Shown: positions 37,288 to 49,528, numbered from the stretch's first letter. The stretch: DNA of 64,000 nt from an uncultured Acidobacteriota bacterium (GCA_964645975.1 CAZYAF010000011.1:11057-75056), one strand, 5' to 3'. Translations and numbers: made by a program. The notes: generated by a model not told the origin, from the sequence alone.

Positions 37288-38250
37288 ATGAAAAAAATGT
37301 TGATACTATTAGCTGAAGATAATATAGATCATGCTGAGCTTACTAAAACAAAGCTTGAGCAGGTAAAGGGTTATAAAGTAGAAATAGCTCATGATGGGTA
37401 TGAATGCATTAATAAAGCAAGGGAGAAGCAGTATGATATTATTCTCACCGATTTTGCTATGCCAAAGATGAATGGTTTGGAGTTGCTGGAAAAGTTGAAG
37501 GAGGAAGGAATGGATATACCAGTGGTTATGCTTACCGGTCATGGAGATGAAAAGGTGGTTGTAAAGGTCATGAAGTCGGGTGGTTATGATTATGTAATAA
37601 AAGAGCCTGATTTCAGCTATCTTGATATACTACCTTTTGTTATAGAAGATGCTAAATTAACCCACCAATTAAAGAAAGAGAATGTAAGACTAACGCAGGA
37701 GCTCATGAAGAAAAATAAAGAACTTCAGGAAGCCAATCTTAATTTACGGGAGTTATCAATAACAGATGGATTAACCAAGATATATAACTACCGTTTCTTC
37801 CAAGAGGCATTGGCTTTAGAGTACAGAAGGTCTAAGCGTTATAATCAAGCACTTTCTTGTATTATTTTTGATATAGATGATTTTAAAAAGATAAATGATA
37901 TTCATGGTCATAGAGCGGGCGATTTTATCCTCGTCGAATTAGTTACGCTCATCAAGAGTAATATTAGGGAAAGTGATCTCTTCGCTCGTTATGGAGGAGA
38001 GGAATTTGTTATTCTACTACCAGACATTAGTCTAAAGTCCTCCATTAAAATAGCAGCAAAGATCAGGGAATTAGTTGAGCTTTACGATTTTATGTGGAAA
38101 AAAGTAGTTCTAAAGATAACCATAAGCTTGGGTGTTGCTTCTACAGAAAAAGAAGGCGTAAATTCAAATGAAGTACTTTTGGAAGAAGCTGATCACAATC
38201 TTTTAAAGGCGAAAAGAAAGGGGAAAAATTGTATCTATGCAGGATTTTAA
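37288..38250 (+). CDS. Response-regulator diguanylate cyclase (REC-GGDEF)
   Basis: EDN, TDFAMP (phospho-Asp), TG, DY; DGLT, DIDDFK, RYGGEEF. Confidence 0.9.
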   Translation: MKKMLILLAEDNIDHAELTKTKLEQVKGYKVEIAHDGYECINKAREKQYDIILTDFAMPKMNGLELLEKLKEEGMDIPVVMLTGHGDEKVVVKVMKSGGYDYVIKEPDFSYLDILPFVIEDAKLTHQLKKENVRLTQELMKKNKELQEANLNLRELSITDGLTKIYNYRFFQEALALEYRRSKRYNQALSCIIFDIDDFKKINDIHGHRAGDFILVELVTLIKSNIRESDLFARYGGEEFVILLPDISLKSSIKIAAKIRELVELYDFMWKKVVLKITISLGVASTEKEGVNSNEVLLEEADHNLLKAKRKGKNCIYAGF

Positions 38251-38323
38251 GGCTATCCAGCCAATTCCATTTAAAATTCTTTCGATTTAACCCCAGTTGA
38301 AATGCCCTCCGAAAAAAAGTAAA

Positions 38324-40417
38324 ATGCGAAATCAAAGCAATAAGGCTACAATTTTTAATAATATAATTGCAGTATTAAATGCTCTTATTTTAATAATACT
38401 TCTTTTGTTCTTTGGATTACCTAAGGTAAATATAACTCTTTTGGCAATTTTATTGGTAGCTCAAATTTTCTTTCGCCTTTATCCTGTTCCTCTTATGCGA
38501 TCCTCATATCTTTCTTTAGCATTTATTCCATTTGTAATTCTATTTATTATGGATGGTTATCTGTCTGGAGCTCTCTTTGCTTTAATATCAATTATAATAG
38601 CCGATGGATTATTCAAAAGAAAAGGTTTTATTATCGGTCTAAAATTAGGTTCTTACTTTTCCTTCGCTCTGCTTGTTAGTGGCATATTATATGACTTTTT
38701 AGGTGGGTACCATGGAGAAAAAGCGCTCTATGCAGAGAATTATTTGAATTTAGCCATATTCCTAGTTTTGTATTATATTATTCAACTTGTTTTCTTTTAT
38801 GTAGCTTTAATATTAGATAAAAAAATTGAGATTTCCGAAATGCCCTCTATCTTAAAATGGGAAACTACGGTCTTTTTTATCTATAACATAGGAAGTATTT
38901 CTTTGTTGTGGTTTTACTACAACAAAGGAATTTCATCATTACTTTACTATATACCTCTAATAGTTTTGGCAGGATTTATTGTCAGACAAATAATTGAGAA
39001 GGCTATTCTGGCAGAAGAGTTGAGTAGAATAATTAATATCGGTGCTTTTATTGCCGGTAATTTAAACTTAAAAAATACCATGGATCAGACAGAAAAATTA
39101 TTAAGAAAAGTAATAGAATATGAGAATTTCTATCTTGCAGTAGCTAATAAAGAAAATGATGAATTAAGTCTCATTTATAGCTCCCTTAAAGGCTTCTTGG
39201 ATGAGCCGAAAGTGACGAGTTTGCAAGCGGGTCTTAGTGGGAAGGTCATTCGGGAAGGAAAACCGCTCATAATCAAAGATACCAGAAATATACAGGATAG
39301 AATAGAAATGGCGAAGGGAATGCTTTCGGAATTAATCAGTCCCATTCGATTTGGCAAAGAGATTGTTGGCATTATTGATTTAGAACATTCAGAGGCATAT
39401 CATTTTACAAGCAGGGATATGGCCATGTTGAATTATATGGTTAACTACATAGCTATTGCCATCTATTTTTATAACATGATTCAACCTTTAGTAAAGATTT
39501 CTCGTGAAGCCAGAGTCTTCATGGATGAACTCACTTCAACATTACAGCAGATAAATACGAGTGCCCAGAAAATCTCCCTAACCCTGGACCAAATGTCTCA
39601 GGAGATTAATAGGCAATCAGATATGCTTATCCAGGAAACTTTATCTATTGATGCTGTTTATAATTCCGCCCAGTCTATTGCAGAACATTCCGGTATTGCA
39701 GATGAAAAGAACAAGATAGCGAGCGAGATCGTTTACACCAATCGGTCTTATATTGAGGAAACAGCTCAATCGTTGTTAGATGCTCAAAAGATAATTCAGG
39801 CTATCTCCTCAAATATAAAAGAATTTCATACTTCTTTTGATAAAATTGAGGACTTTATAGATGTTATTATGGGAATAGCACGGCAAACGGCACTATTATC
39901 TCTTAATGCTTCTATAGAAGCAGCGAAAGCAGGGGAATATGGCAAAGGTTTTTCAGTGGTAGCAAGTGAAATAAGCACTTTGGCTGAAGAAAGTGCCAAA
40001 GCTTCGGAACAGATTAAGGTTTCTGCTCAGAATATCAAAGGACAATTAGAACAGATTATAAAACAGGCACTTGCGGGAGAAGAAAAAGCTCGCGGGGCAA
40101 GTTCAATTACTGAAAGATTCTATGCATCTTTATCCAGAATATTCGATGCAACTTCAGAGTCAAATCAAATAGTAAAACAGATTGCAAAAAAAACCGTAAA
40201 TCAGCGAGATGAAATTGCCAGAATAACTGAGAATACAGGTAAGCTCGACCAAATAAATCGGGAAAATGTGGTGAATACAGAAAAAATTGCTTCATCAATG
40301 GCTCAACAAACTAATTCATTACAAAATATTTTAACAAAAGCATCGGAATTAGAGGATTTATTAAATAATATCAATAGACTTATTATTAGTCTTTCAGGTG
40401 AAGAAGTTTTAGACTAA
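38324..40417 (+). CDS. Multi-TM GAF-domain methyl-accepting chemotaxis protein
   Basis: About 7-8 TM helices, GAF (GLSGKVI...[12 protein letters not shown]...FTSRD), MCP signalling motif [33 protein letters not shown]. Confidence 0.8.
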   Translation: MRNQSNKATIFNNIIAVLNALILIILLLFFGLPKVNITLLAILLVAQIFFRLYPVPLMRSSYLSLAFIPFVILFIMDGYLSGALFALISIIIADGLFKRKGFIIGLKLGSYFSFALLVSGILYDFLGGYHGEKALYAENYLNLAIFLVLYYIIQLVFFYVALILDKKIEISEMPSILKWETTVFFIYNIGSISLLWFYYNKGISSLLYYIPLIVLAGFIVRQIIEKAILAEELSRIINIGAFIAGNLNLKNTMDQTEKLLRKVIEYENFYLAVANKENDELSLIYSSLKGFLDEPKVTSLQAGLSGKVIREGKPLIIKDTRNIQDRIEMAKGMLSELISPIRFGKEIVGIIDLEHSEAYHFTSRDMAMLNYMVNYIAIAIYFYNMIQPLVKISREARVFMDELTSTLQQINTSAQKISLTLDQMSQEINRQSDMLIQETLSIDAVYNSAQSIAEHSGIADEKNKIASEIVYTNRSYIEETAQSLLDAQKIIQAISSNIKEFHTSFDKIEDFIDVIMGIARQTALLSLNASIEAAKAGEYGKGFSVVASEISTLAEESAKASEQIKVSAQNIKGQLEQIIKQALAGEEKARGASSITERFYASLSRIFDATSESNQIVKQIAKKTVNQRDEIARITENTGKLDQINRENVVNTEKIASSMAQQTNSLQNILTKASELEDLLNNINRLIISLSGEEVLD

Positions 40418-41427
40418 GCGTGCTTTTTCCCAAAGTGTTGCACATTTTTAGCCATTTCTACTGCAAGTTTAATAGCCTCCTTTAAGCTTGAAGGGTCTGC
40501 TATTCCTTTTGCAGCAATATCAAATGCGGTTCCATGGTCTACTGATGTTCGGATAATAGGAAGACCCAGGGTAACATTTACAGCTCCTTTTGACGCAGCC
40601 ATTTTGATGGGGATAAGGCCTTGATCGTGATAGAGGGACAAAATGACATCAAACCTGCTCCTTACTCGTTGTGTGAAAAGGGTATCAGCCGGGAAGGGTC
40701 CCTCTACTTTTATACCGTTTTTCTGGCATTCTTTTATCGCTGGTATGATTTCTTTTTCCTCTTCATTACCAAAAAGCCCTCTTTCGCTGCAATGAGGATT
40801 TAATCCTGCAACTGCAATTCTTGCATTCACTAAGCCAAATTTCCACATTTCTTTTTTTAGCAAGTTGATTAATCGGATAATATTTTCTTTTTTGACCTTT
40901 TTGATGGCATCCTGAAGGCTCAGATGTGTGGAAAGGAGCACCACTCTAAAGCAGTCATATACAAACATCATGGCATATTCTTCGGTGTTTGTTCTTTTTG
41001 CAAAAAACTCTGTATGTCCAGCGTAATCATATCCCGCAAGATTAAACGCTTCTTTATTAATAGGTGCAGTTACTATCGCATCAATAGAGCCATTTAAAGC
41101 TAATTCAAGAGCTTTCTCTAAATATTCTCCTGCTGCTTTTCCATAAGAGCGGTGTAATGTACCTATCTTTACCTTAGCCATGAGGTTGGTTACATTATAT
41201 ATTACAGGGCCTTTGGCAGAAGATGTCTTTTCTTTTACTGGCATAGAGTAAAAAGTAAAGGGTATGCCCAATCTGTTTGCTCGTTGCAAAAGCACATTTC
41301 TATTCCCGATGAGCACGGGGCAGCACAAATCAACAATTTCTTTATCTTGAGAGACCTTAAGGGATATCTCAGGACCTATACCAGCAGGATCTCCGATTGT
41401 TATCCCTATTAATTTTTTGTTGTGCAT
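40414..41427 (-). CDS. pdxA: 4-hydroxythreonine-4-phosphate dehydrogenase
   Basis: [45 protein letters not shown]. Confidence 0.93.
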   Translation of the reverse strand: MHNKKLIGITIGDPAGIGPEISLKVSQDKEIVDLCCPVLIGNRNVLLQRANRLGIPFTFYSMPVKEKTSSAKGPVIYNVTNLMAKVKIGTLHRSYGKAAGEYLEKALELALNGSIDAIVTAPINKEAFNLAGYDYAGHTEFFAKRTNTEEYAMMFVYDCFRVVLLSTHLSLQDAIKKVKKENIIRLINLLKKEMWKFGLVNARIAVAGLNPHCSERGLFGNEEEKEIIPAIKECQKNGIKVEGPFPADTLFTQRVRSRFDVILSLYHDQGLIPIKMAASKGAVNVTLGLPIIRTSVDHGTAFDIAAKGIADPSSLKEAIKLAVEMAKNVQHFGKKHA

Positions 41428-41571
41428 AAGAGGAAAATGTATTTAAATTGACGCTATAAGCATATTGTAAACGAAAAATATACGTTCATAAGTATAACAT
41501 TTTTATACGTAGAGGATATAGTGCTATTAATTTCCCTCAGAGACGAAGAGGTAAGTAGGCTTATCCCCGGA

Positions 41572-41892
41572 CTAAGCTGAGCTTTCCTCTCTTTTTTCTT
41601 GCTTTTTATGCATATATTTTATATTCCGTTTGGGGACAAGGAGATTTGGAGCATTAATTCGGTTTATCTTGATACAATGTCTATCGTACCATTCGATTAC
41701 ACCCTCCAAAATATCGCCATCAGTCATTACTATTACCATTGTTGTTTTATTGCTCATCTGTTTGAGATAGTAGAAGACCTCAGCATTAGTCTGTTCCGGC
41801 GGACTTTGCTTTTTTTTAGAACTCCGGGTTTGATTATACATTTGGCTCTTAATCTCTGAGAGATTCGGACGAATAAGCTTTCTATTGCTCAT
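41572..41892 (-). CDS. Sm/Hfq-like RNA chaperone
   Basis: EQTNAEVFYYLKQM helix followed by Sm-like strands (VIVMTDGDILEGVIEWYD...LLVPKRNIKYM). Confidence 0.65.
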   Translation of the reverse strand: MSNRKLIRPNLSEIKSQMYNQTRSSKKKQSPPEQTNAEVFYYLKQMSNKTTMVIVMTDGDILEGVIEWYDRHCIKINRINAPNLLVPKRNIKYMHKKQEKREESSA

Positions 41893-42179
41893 TAACCTGC
41901 CTCCATATTATCTTGTCACTTATGATTTACTATTCGGTTCCTTTTTATTTTAAAAAGCTTGCGTAAGAAAAAAGGTTGCTTGTTTTTCTGCTCGTTTACT
42001 TACGAGATTTTTATGTTAATAATATGTGTAGTACGTTTACCATAAAGATGAGAAAATTAGCGGGTATATATTTAAGCTTGACCCTATATTTGGATTATTT
42101 TTTTATTTAAATACAATATTATTTCGTTACCACTTTTTTATTATTATAATCTTTATAAATGTAAAATGCAAGAAAAAAA

Positions 42180-42911
42180 TTATTCAGTTTTGTTTTCTTC
42201 TTCGTTATACTCAAATGCCAAGCAGCACATCAAGCGGCCACATAATCCAGATATTTTCGCTGGATTTAATGTCAGATTTTGAGCCTTTGCCATTTTAATT
42301 GATACGGGCTCAAAATTTTTGAGAAATTGGCTGCAGCACAGAGGACGTCCGCAGAGCCCGTAGCCACAAAGTAATTTAGCCTCATCTCTGACTCCTATTT
42401 GCTTCAGCTCTATTCTTACACGGAATTTTCTTGCTAAATCTTTTACTAATTCTCTAAAATCAATTCTCTCTTCAGCCCGAAAGTAGAAAACAGCCTTCTT
42501 GCCTTTATCTAAAAACTCCATCCATATAAGCTTCATGGGAAGCTTTAAATGAGCTATTCTTTCAGAGCAAAACTTGCAAGCTTCTTCTTCTTTATCGCGA
42601 ATTTTTGAGAAAATCCTTTTTTCCTCAGGTGTCGCTAAACGGAGCACACGGCCATTTTGCTCTATGGAGGGTGCACCATGTAGGCATTTGTTAACCTGCA
42701 CAACCAAAGCGATTTTCTCTTCTCCTTTATGGCGAATTAGACAGCAATCGTCCTTTTTTAATTTTAATCCTTTTGATAGCAGGTAGCTTATCGGACCTCC
42801 TTTATTTAATTGGATTCCTATAATTTCTATATCTTGCTTTTCCCTTGGATGATCCTCTTCCTTATTTATATTATATTGTTCATTTCTTCTCATCATCATT
42901 TTCTTTTCCAA
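42180..42911 (-). CDS. ricT: PSP1/RicT (YaaT) family protein
   Basis: RIDFRELVKDL, QIGVRDEAK, CGRPLCC, KISGLCGRLMCCL. Confidence 0.88.
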   Translation of the reverse strand: MEKKMMMRRNEQYNINKEEDHPREKQDIEIIGIQLNKGGPISYLLSKGLKLKKDDCCLIRHKGEEKIALVVQVNKCLHGAPSIEQNGRVLRLATPEEKRIFSKIRDKEEEACKFCSERIAHLKLPMKLIWMEFLDKGKKAVFYFRAEERIDFRELVKDLARKFRVRIELKQIGVRDEAKLLCGYGLCGRPLCCSQFLKNFEPVSIKMAKAQNLTLNPAKISGLCGRLMCCLAFEYNEEENKTE

Positions 42912-43887
42912 AAAAATTAATTATACGAAAAAACAAAGCCTCTATTGCCACTTTACGATTAGCATTTTCTTCTATTGCCTTCATAGTATAATGGATTTCT
43001 GACATAATACTCAATACTATTTCTAATGTAAATCTATTTAAGAAAGTTTTCAAATTTTCTTCTAAATCTATATTTATTAATAAAGATTTATCTCTTGTTA
43101 AGCTTAAGACCAATAAATCTCTTGTCATGGAATATAATATTTGCAATAGTTCATCTATGCTTTGCTTGTCCTTTAGTTCATCTATCCTTTCTAAAATGAT
43201 ACCAAGTTCGTCTCCGCTGGATAGTGATTGGAGAAAAAAGAGCTCTCTTTTGCGTTTTTCATAGCTCTCGCCTAAATTAATATTTAAGGCTCGGCCTAAA
43301 CTTCCAGCAGAAAGATGAGATAGTGATTGAGCTTCTTTCGATTTAAATTGGTACTTTTCTATCAAAATGCGCTCCAATTCTCTGCTGGATATAGTTGAAA
43401 AATGCAATAGTTGGCATCGTGATCGAATAGTAGGTAATAGAGCAGATAAAAGTGTGGTAATAAGAATTATTAGAGAATTAGCTGGTGGCTCTTCAAGGGT
43501 TTTTAAGACTGCATTTGCTGCCTCTACAGACATCTGTTCTGCTGGGTCAATAATAAAGATTTTAAACTTACCCTCGAATGGTTTGAGATTAATCTGGTTA
43601 GATAAATATCTCATTTGCTCTATACTGATTTCCTTCCCTTCCGGATGGAAAATTTGTACATCTGGATGAATTCGCTTCTCTATCTTATAACAGGAGCTGC
43701 ACTTATCACAAATATCTCCATTAAAACTACTACAGTTCAGAGCTTTTGCAAGCAATAAAGCCATGCTCGCTTTTCCAATCCCTTCAGGTCCGTAGAAGAT
43801 ATAAGCTTTAGGCAATCTATTGCTTTTAAGAGTAGTGGATAGGTGCTCTTTTATTCTTTGGTTTCCTATAAAGCTCTCGAAGTTCAT
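42880..43887 (-). CDS. holB: DNA polymerase III delta' subunit
   Basis: GPEGIGK, CDKCSSC, HPD, AANAVLKTLEEP, TIRSRC; tmk-holB-ricT synteny. Confidence 0.92.
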   Translation of the reverse strand: MNFESFIGNQRIKEHLSTTLKSNRLPKAYIFYGPEGIGKASMALLLAKALNCSSFNGDICDKCSSCYKIEKRIHPDVQIFHPEGKEISIEQMRYLSNQINLKPFEGKFKIFIIDPAEQMSVEAANAVLKTLEEPPANSLIILITTLLSALLPTIRSRCQLLHFSTISSRELERILIEKYQFKSKEAQSLSHLSAGSLGRALNINLGESYEKRKRELFFLQSLSSGDELGIILERIDELKDKQSIDELLQILYSMTRDLLVLSLTRDKSLLINIDLEENLKTFLNRFTLEIVLSIMSEIHYTMKAIEENANRKVAIEALFFRIINFFGKENDDEKK

Positions 43888-43888
43888 A

Positions 43889-44542
43889 TCATATCTCTAA
43901 ATACGTTTTTACAATTCCGATTATTTCTTTATTTATCTCATTTATACTGCCAGTAGCTGATATTACTCTAAATCGCTCAGGCTCAAGACGAGATAATGCT
44001 AAATAACCTTCTTTTACTTTTTTGTGAAAGGAGATTTCCTCTTCTTCAATCCTTCCACCATCATTTTTGTCTGATGCTTTAGCTCTATTAGCTTTTGCCC
44101 GCTGTAAACCTATTTCAGCATCAAGGTCGAGAAGTATTGTTAGATCAGGATTCAACACGATACCCATTGTCTTATGAATGCGGTTTATTAACTCTAATCC
44201 CAACCCTCGACCATAACCCTGATAAGCAACTGAGGAATCTTTATATCTGTCGCATAGTACTATTGTTCCTTCTTGCAAGGCGGGCAAAATGCGTTCCTCT
44301 ATGACTTGAGCCCGGGAAGCAGCAAAGAGGAGAAATTCTGTAAGTGGTTTCAATCCTATGCTGTTTAAATCGAGGAGAATCGTCCTTATCTTCTCGCTAA
44401 TAGCGGTACCACCTGGTTCTCTAAGGTGCAGTACCTCTATGCCTTTAAAGCTTAGATATTCTTCCAGAAGCTTGCACTGGGTTGATTTACCACTTCCCTC
44501 AATTCCCTCAAAGCTTATTAGTTTTCCTTTAATTTTTGGCAC
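43889..44542 (-). CDS. tmk: Thymidylate kinase
   Basis: FEGIEGSGKSTQ, REPGG, DRYKDSSVAYQG. Confidence 0.95.
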   Translation of the reverse strand: MPKIKGKLISFEGIEGSGKSTQCKLLEEYLSFKGIEVLHLREPGGTAISEKIRTILLDLNSIGLKPLTEFLLFAASRAQVIEERILPALQEGTIVLCDRYKDSSVAYQGYGRGLGLELINRIHKTMGIVLNPDLTILLDLDAEIGLQRAKANRAKASDKNDGGRIEEEEISFHKKVKEGYLALSRLEPERFRVISATGSINEINKEIIGIVKTYLEI

Positions 44543-44622
44543 TACTTCTCTCCTCGATTACATAAAGCTTAAGCACCATGTCTGTTAATCCGTACTATAA
44601 GTATGTTTATAATACTTTTGGT

Positions 44623-45426
44623 TTATCTTATAACCAGGCCAGCATAACCTACAACACTGGAAAAATCTCGACTGACCATCCCCGATGTGGAGTACTTGAT
44701 AAGCTCAGCTTCACGAGCACCAAGCTGCTTGGCCGCTTGTATTACTGCTACTGTAGGTGCTACACCACACATAGTTATATGATTTGCTATTACTGTTTCA
44801 TGTAGCCCGTCAGTGTCAAGAGCTATTATTTTATCGATCGCCATTCTGTCCTTGCGTTCAGCAGAACTCTGGTTTTCAAAATGGGTCATATCAGTACTGG
44901 ATATAAGCAGTACTTTCTCATCGTATTCCTTAATGGCTTGAGCTATGGCTGAGCCTAATTCTTTGAGTATTGATAGTTGATTGAATCCCAAGCATATAGG
45001 AACAAAGGTTAAATCAGGTACCAGATATTGAATAAAAGGTATTTGTACTTCCAGTGAATGCTCATGGAAATGAGCAAGAGGGTCTTCCGTAAGATGAGAA
45101 CTTTTTTCCAATATACTCAGCGCTAATTTTTTGTTGATGGTAGCAACTCCCAAAGGTGTTTCCCAGCCAGTTTCAGTCATAATCGCTCCTTCAGCGCCTG
45201 CACCTGTGTGGTTAGGGCTCAGTATTACGAATGTCTTGGGTAGATTTACACAAGAGTATACTGCCCCTGCTACTTTGCCCGAATACATATAGCCAGCATG
45301 AGGAGACACAATTGCAAATGCATCTTTCTTGGGTAGGTTAGGATCGAGGCATCTTTCGAGTTCTTCCTTTAAACTTTGCTCGCTGCCTGGATAAAATTGG
45401 CCAGCAACAGCAGGTTTTCTTATCAT
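44623..45426 (-). CDS. amrB: AmmeMemoRadiSam protein B (MEMO1 family)
   Basis: RKPAVAGQFYP, PHAGY, PNHTG, EHSLEVQ, SSTDMTH, MCG, VVGY. Confidence 0.9.
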   Translation of the reverse strand: MIRKPAVAGQFYPGSEQSLKEELERCLDPNLPKKDAFAIVSPHAGYMYSGKVAGAVYSCVNLPKTFVILSPNHTGAGAEGAIMTETGWETPLGVATINKKLALSILEKSSHLTEDPLAHFHEHSLEVQIPFIQYLVPDLTFVPICLGFNQLSILKELGSAIAQAIKEYDEKVLLISSTDMTHFENQSSAERKDRMAIDKIIALDTDGLHETVIANHITMCGVAPTVAVIQAAKQLGAREAELIKYSTSGMVSRDFSSVVGYAGLVIR

Positions 45427-45658
45427 GATGTCTCCTTAATTGTTTATTTAAATAATGTTATGAAAGCGAAAATTTGCTGCTCCAAAGGAAATCCTTTTAA
45501 TATGCTTCTCTTAAAAGCTTTTGCTCTTTTATATTATTTGTCTGAAAAAATAATTTATGAGTTGGGAAAGAAGGATGACCTTTTATTATTTCGATATTTT
45601 TAAATTAGCATTCCATAATATGCATAATAAAATAAGCAGTAAGATAGTTAAATCCATA

Positions 45659-46159
45659 TTATTCTATTACCACCAGGACCTCACCTGATTCAACAGCTTT
45701 TCCCTGTGACACCCTGATTTCGCTAATTTTTCCGTCTTTAGGTGATTTCAGCTCATTCTCCATCTTCATAGCTTCTACGACAATAACACCTTCCCCTTCT
45801 TTTACTGGATCATTGGGGCCCTTGAGAATTTTGATAACTTTTCCAGGCATGGGAGTTGTTACAGACGCTTTTCCTAATATATTTGAGCTTTCGGTTTGTA
45901 AACTTGCACTAACTGTAGGAGAACTCATAAGCTCAATATGATAGTTGAAGGGTCCGACGAGCACATCGTGGTTCCGCGAATTTCCGTTTATCATTATATC
46001 GAAGACTTTTCCTTTGATATTGATCGACAATTCTCCTTCTCCTATTTTTCTACTATCTACTCGGTAGGAATTGCCATCAATTTTAACCAGATATTCATCC
46101 TCCTGTTTTTTGATTTCTATCTTATAATTTTTTCCTCCCAGGTTGCTATGAAAAATCAT
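45659..46159 (-). CDS. Biotin carboxyl carrier protein
   Basis: PMPG, EAMKMENE biotinylation motif. Confidence 0.9.
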   Translation of the reverse strand: MIFHSNLGGKNYKIEIKKQEDEYLVKIDGNSYRVDSRKIGEGELSINIKGKVFDIMINGNSRNHDVLVGPFNYHIELMSSPTVSASLQTESSNILGKASVTTPMPGKVIKILKGPNDPVKEGEGVIVVEAMKMENELKSPKDGKISEIRVSQGKAVESGEVLVVIE

Positions 46160-46210
46160 TGATTTTACCCTTCTTTTCCCTCCTGTTTTTTCAAATTTTC
46201 AAGAGCATTT

Positions 46211-47716
46211 TTATTTCCTTTGAGAAAAAACTCTTTGTCTGCCGGCTAATTTCCATTTGCTTTTCCCAGATATTTTTGTTCTATTATTCGAGTTGATATT
46301 TTTAGTTTCGTAGGCGAAAATAGAAGCTCCAATAAGAGCTACTTCATTTAGTGAGGTATCAACTTTAAATCTAATAGGCATAAAATGTTTGTCTACATAT
46401 GAAGTATCATATATACCATTTAAAAAATCATCAACTTCCATGACACTCAAATGGGCAGAAATATTAGATTTAATTCCGCTGATACGATATTCATTAAGAG
46501 CTCGCCTTATTCTATCAATAGCTTCTTTTCTATTTATTCCCCATGCGACAAGTTTAGCAAGTAGAGGATCGTATTGTACAGGCACTTCATATCCTTCAAA
46601 AATCCCGCTATCCAGGCGGATACCTGGTCCGCTTGGTTCTCTTAATCCCATTATTTTCCCGGGTGAAGGGAGAAAGGAATTAGCTGTGTCTTCAGCGTAG
46701 ATTCGGCATTCAATAGCAGCTCCTTTACTTATTATATCTTTCTGTTTATATTCTAATGGCAGACCGGCGGCAATTTTAATCTGGTTTTTAACCAGATCTA
46801 TTCCAGTTACCATTTCGGTAATAGGATGCTCCACCTGAAGTCTTGTATTCATTTCTAAAAAGTAGAAATGTTTATGTTTGTCAACCATAAATTCCACTGT
46901 ACCAGCATTTACATAATCAACTGCTTGAGCAGCGTGAATAGCTTGTACTGCCATCTTCTGACGCAGTTCTTCATCAATAAAGGGAGATGGCGTTTCCTCG
47001 ATAACTTTTTGATGACGCCTCTGAATTGAACATTCCCGCTCACCGAGATGAATAATATTTCCATGGCTATCTGCTAAAATCTGAAATTCAATATGGTGAG
47101 GAGACTCCAGATATTTTTCTATGTAAACAGTGGCATTTCCGAAGGAAGAAAGGGCTTCGGACTGCGTAGCCCGAAAAGCACTCGCCAGCTCCGATTTGTT
47201 CTTTACTAACCGCATTCCTTTTCCTCCCCCACCGGCAGATGCCTTTAATAAGATTGGGAATCCCACTTTGTTAGCTTGTTCTTTTAAATCTTCGAGGGAT
47301 TCAATTGCTTCAAAAGTTCCGCGTATGATAGGTACACCAGCTTCAGATATTATTTTACGCGATACTATTTTACTCCCCATGGCTTCTATTGCTTCTGCAG
47401 ATGGTCCAATAAATACCAATCCTTCCTTCAGGCAACGTCGGGCAAAATCAGCATTTTCAGCCAGGAAGCCATACCCTGGGTGAATTGCATCCGCACCTGA
47501 TTTTTTAGCAGTTGAGATGATATTGTCTATATTTAGATAGCTCTTTGCTGGTTGGGCAGTACCTATACAATAAGCTTCATCTGCCAACCTTACATGGAGT
47601 GCTTCTCTGTCTATCTCAGAATAGACCGAAGCAGAGGGAATACCCATTTCCCTGCAGCAGCGCATGATACGAATGGCTATTTCCCCTCTATTTGCAATCA
47701 GAATTTTTTTAAACAT
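46211..47716 (-). CDS. accC: Biotin carboxylase subunit of an acetyl/propionyl-CoA carboxylase
   Basis: ANRGEIA, HPGYGFLAEN, GGGGKGMR, RECSIQRRHQK, EMNTRLQVEH. Confidence 0.92.
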   Translation of the reverse strand: MFKKILIANRGEIAIRIMRCCREMGIPSASVYSEIDREALHVRLADEAYCIGTAQPAKSYLNIDNIISTAKKSGADAIHPGYGFLAENADFARRCLKEGLVFIGPSAEAIEAMGSKIVSRKIISEAGVPIIRGTFEAIESLEDLKEQANKVGFPILLKASAGGGGKGMRLVKNKSELASAFRATQSEALSSFGNATVYIEKYLESPHHIEFQILADSHGNIIHLGERECSIQRRHQKVIEETPSPFIDEELRQKMAVQAIHAAQAVDYVNAGTVEFMVDKHKHFYFLEMNTRLQVEHPITEMVTGIDLVKNQIKIAAGLPLEYKQKDIISKGAAIECRIYAEDTANSFLPSPGKIMGLREPSGPGIRLDSGIFEGYEVPVQYDPLLAKLVAWGINRKEAIDRIRRALNEYRISGIKSNISAHLSVMEVDDFLNGIYDTSYVDKHFMPIRFKVDTSLNEVALIGASIFAYETKNINSNNRTKISGKSKWKLAGRQRVFSQRK

Positions 47717-47743
47717 AAGAACACATCAGAGATTAATATCCAA

Positions 47744-49294
47744 TTATAAAGGAATGTTACCATGTTTTTTAGGAGGGTTATGGTCAATTTTATTTTCCAG
47801 CATTTTGAGAGCTGAAATTAATTTTGGTCTGGTATATTTAGGTTCTATAATCTCATCAATATAACCTTTTTCTGATGCCACATATGGGTTAGCAAATTTG
47901 CTTCTGAACTCTTCAACTATTTTTTTCTCCAGCTCTGATGCATTTTTTGTTTTGCTTAGCTCTTTTTTATAAAGAATCTTTACTGCTCCCTCCGGTCCCA
48001 TGACAGCAATTTCTGCAGTTGGATAAGCAAAATTAATATCAGTTCGGATATGTTTGCTTGCCATAACACAATAAGCGCCGCCGTAGGATTTGCGTGTAAT
48101 TACCGTTATTTTCGGAACGGTTGCTTCAGCTAAAGCGTAAAGCAACTTAGCACCCTGTTTAATTATGCCACCATATTCCTGTTCAGTGCCGGGCAAGAAT
48201 CCCGGTACATCTTCGAAAATAATCAGTGGTATATTAAAAGCATCACAAAATCGGACAAAACGTGCACCTTTTATCGAAGCATTAATATCCAGGCATCCTG
48301 CCAGATAATCGGGTTGGTTGGCCACAATTCCAACCGGTTTTCCATCCAGCCGGGCAAAGCCAACTACTATATTAGGACCAAAATGAGCATGTACTTCTAA
48401 TAAATGATGATCATCTACAACCAATTTTATTATTTTTCGAATATCATAAGGGAGATTTGGATTGTCAGGAACTATTGTATTGAGCTCATCATCAACTCGA
48501 TCTATTGGATCAGTACAAGGGATTTGTGGCGGATCTTCATGATTATTATCAGGCATATAAGACAGGAGTTCTTTGATAAGATTAAGACAGGCTCTATCGT
48601 CATCAACTGCGAAATGAGCAACTCCACTGACGGTATTGTGGGTCTCGGCACCACCTAATTTCTGTTTGGTTACTTTTTCATGAGTTACTGCTTCAATCAC
48701 ATCGGGTCCAGTAATAAACATATAACTGGTATCCTGCACCATTATTATGAAGTCTGTAATAGCAGGGGAATAGACGGCACCACCAGCACAGGGACCCATT
48801 ATAGCTGAGATCTGTGGAATAACTCCCGAGGCCAGGGTGTTTCTCAGAAAAATATCAGCATAGCCAGCAAGGCTAACAACACCCTCTTGAATCCGGGCAC
48901 CTCCTGAGTCATTGAGTCCAATAACAGGAGCTCCCATTTTCATTGCTAAATCCATGATTTTGCATATTTTCTCCGCATAGGTTTCGCTCAGTGAGCCACC
49001 AAAAACAGTGAAATCCTGAGCAAAGATGAATACTAACCTTCCCTCTATCCTGCCATAGCCGGTAATAACTCCATCGCCAAGAAATTTTTTCTTCTCCATT
49101 CCGAAGTCGATGCATCGATGAGTAACCAATTTGTCAAGCTCCTGAAAACTTCCCTCATCTAATAGAAGTTCAACTCGCTCTCTGGCAGTGAGTTTTCCTT
49201 GTTGATGTTGTCGTTGTACCCTTTCTAAACCGCCTCCTTGTTCTGCCTCAAGATTTTTGCGCCTCAGTTCGGCAAATTTTTTCTCTATACCCAT
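47744..49294 (-). CDS. pccB: Acyl-CoA carboxylase carboxyltransferase (PccB/MmdA type)
   Basis: [60 protein letters not shown]. Confidence 0.9.
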   Translation of the reverse strand: MGIEKKFAELRRKNLEAEQGGGLERVQRQHQQGKLTARERVELLLDEGSFQELDKLVTHRCIDFGMEKKKFLGDGVITGYGRIEGRLVFIFAQDFTVFGGSLSETYAEKICKIMDLAMKMGAPVIGLNDSGGARIQEGVVSLAGYADIFLRNTLASGVIPQISAIMGPCAGGAVYSPAITDFIIMVQDTSYMFITGPDVIEAVTHEKVTKQKLGGAETHNTVSGVAHFAVDDDRACLNLIKELLSYMPDNNHEDPPQIPCTDPIDRVDDELNTIVPDNPNLPYDIRKIIKLVVDDHHLLEVHAHFGPNIVVGFARLDGKPVGIVANQPDYLAGCLDINASIKGARFVRFCDAFNIPLIIFEDVPGFLPGTEQEYGGIIKQGAKLLYALAEATVPKITVITRKSYGGAYCVMASKHIRTDINFAYPTAEIAVMGPEGAVKILYKKELSKTKNASELEKKIVEEFRSKFANPYVASEKGYIDEIIEPKYTRPKLISALKMLENKIDHNPPKKHGNIPL

Positions 49295-49528
49295 ACCCCT
49301 CCTTTTTAGCTTAAATTATGTGCATTAATTATAATGAAAGCCTATAGATAAATCAAGCTAATTATCTTGGACGAGCCGAGCTTGCTTATCCGCTTATTAG
49401 TGAATTCGTATGCTATTTTAATGATTTCAATTTATCAAAGTTGGTGAATAGGTTATTATTGGGTGGCTTCTTGGCATGATTAAGTAAAACTCGATTATGA
49501 AATTTAATACATTCATGCCCAACATACC

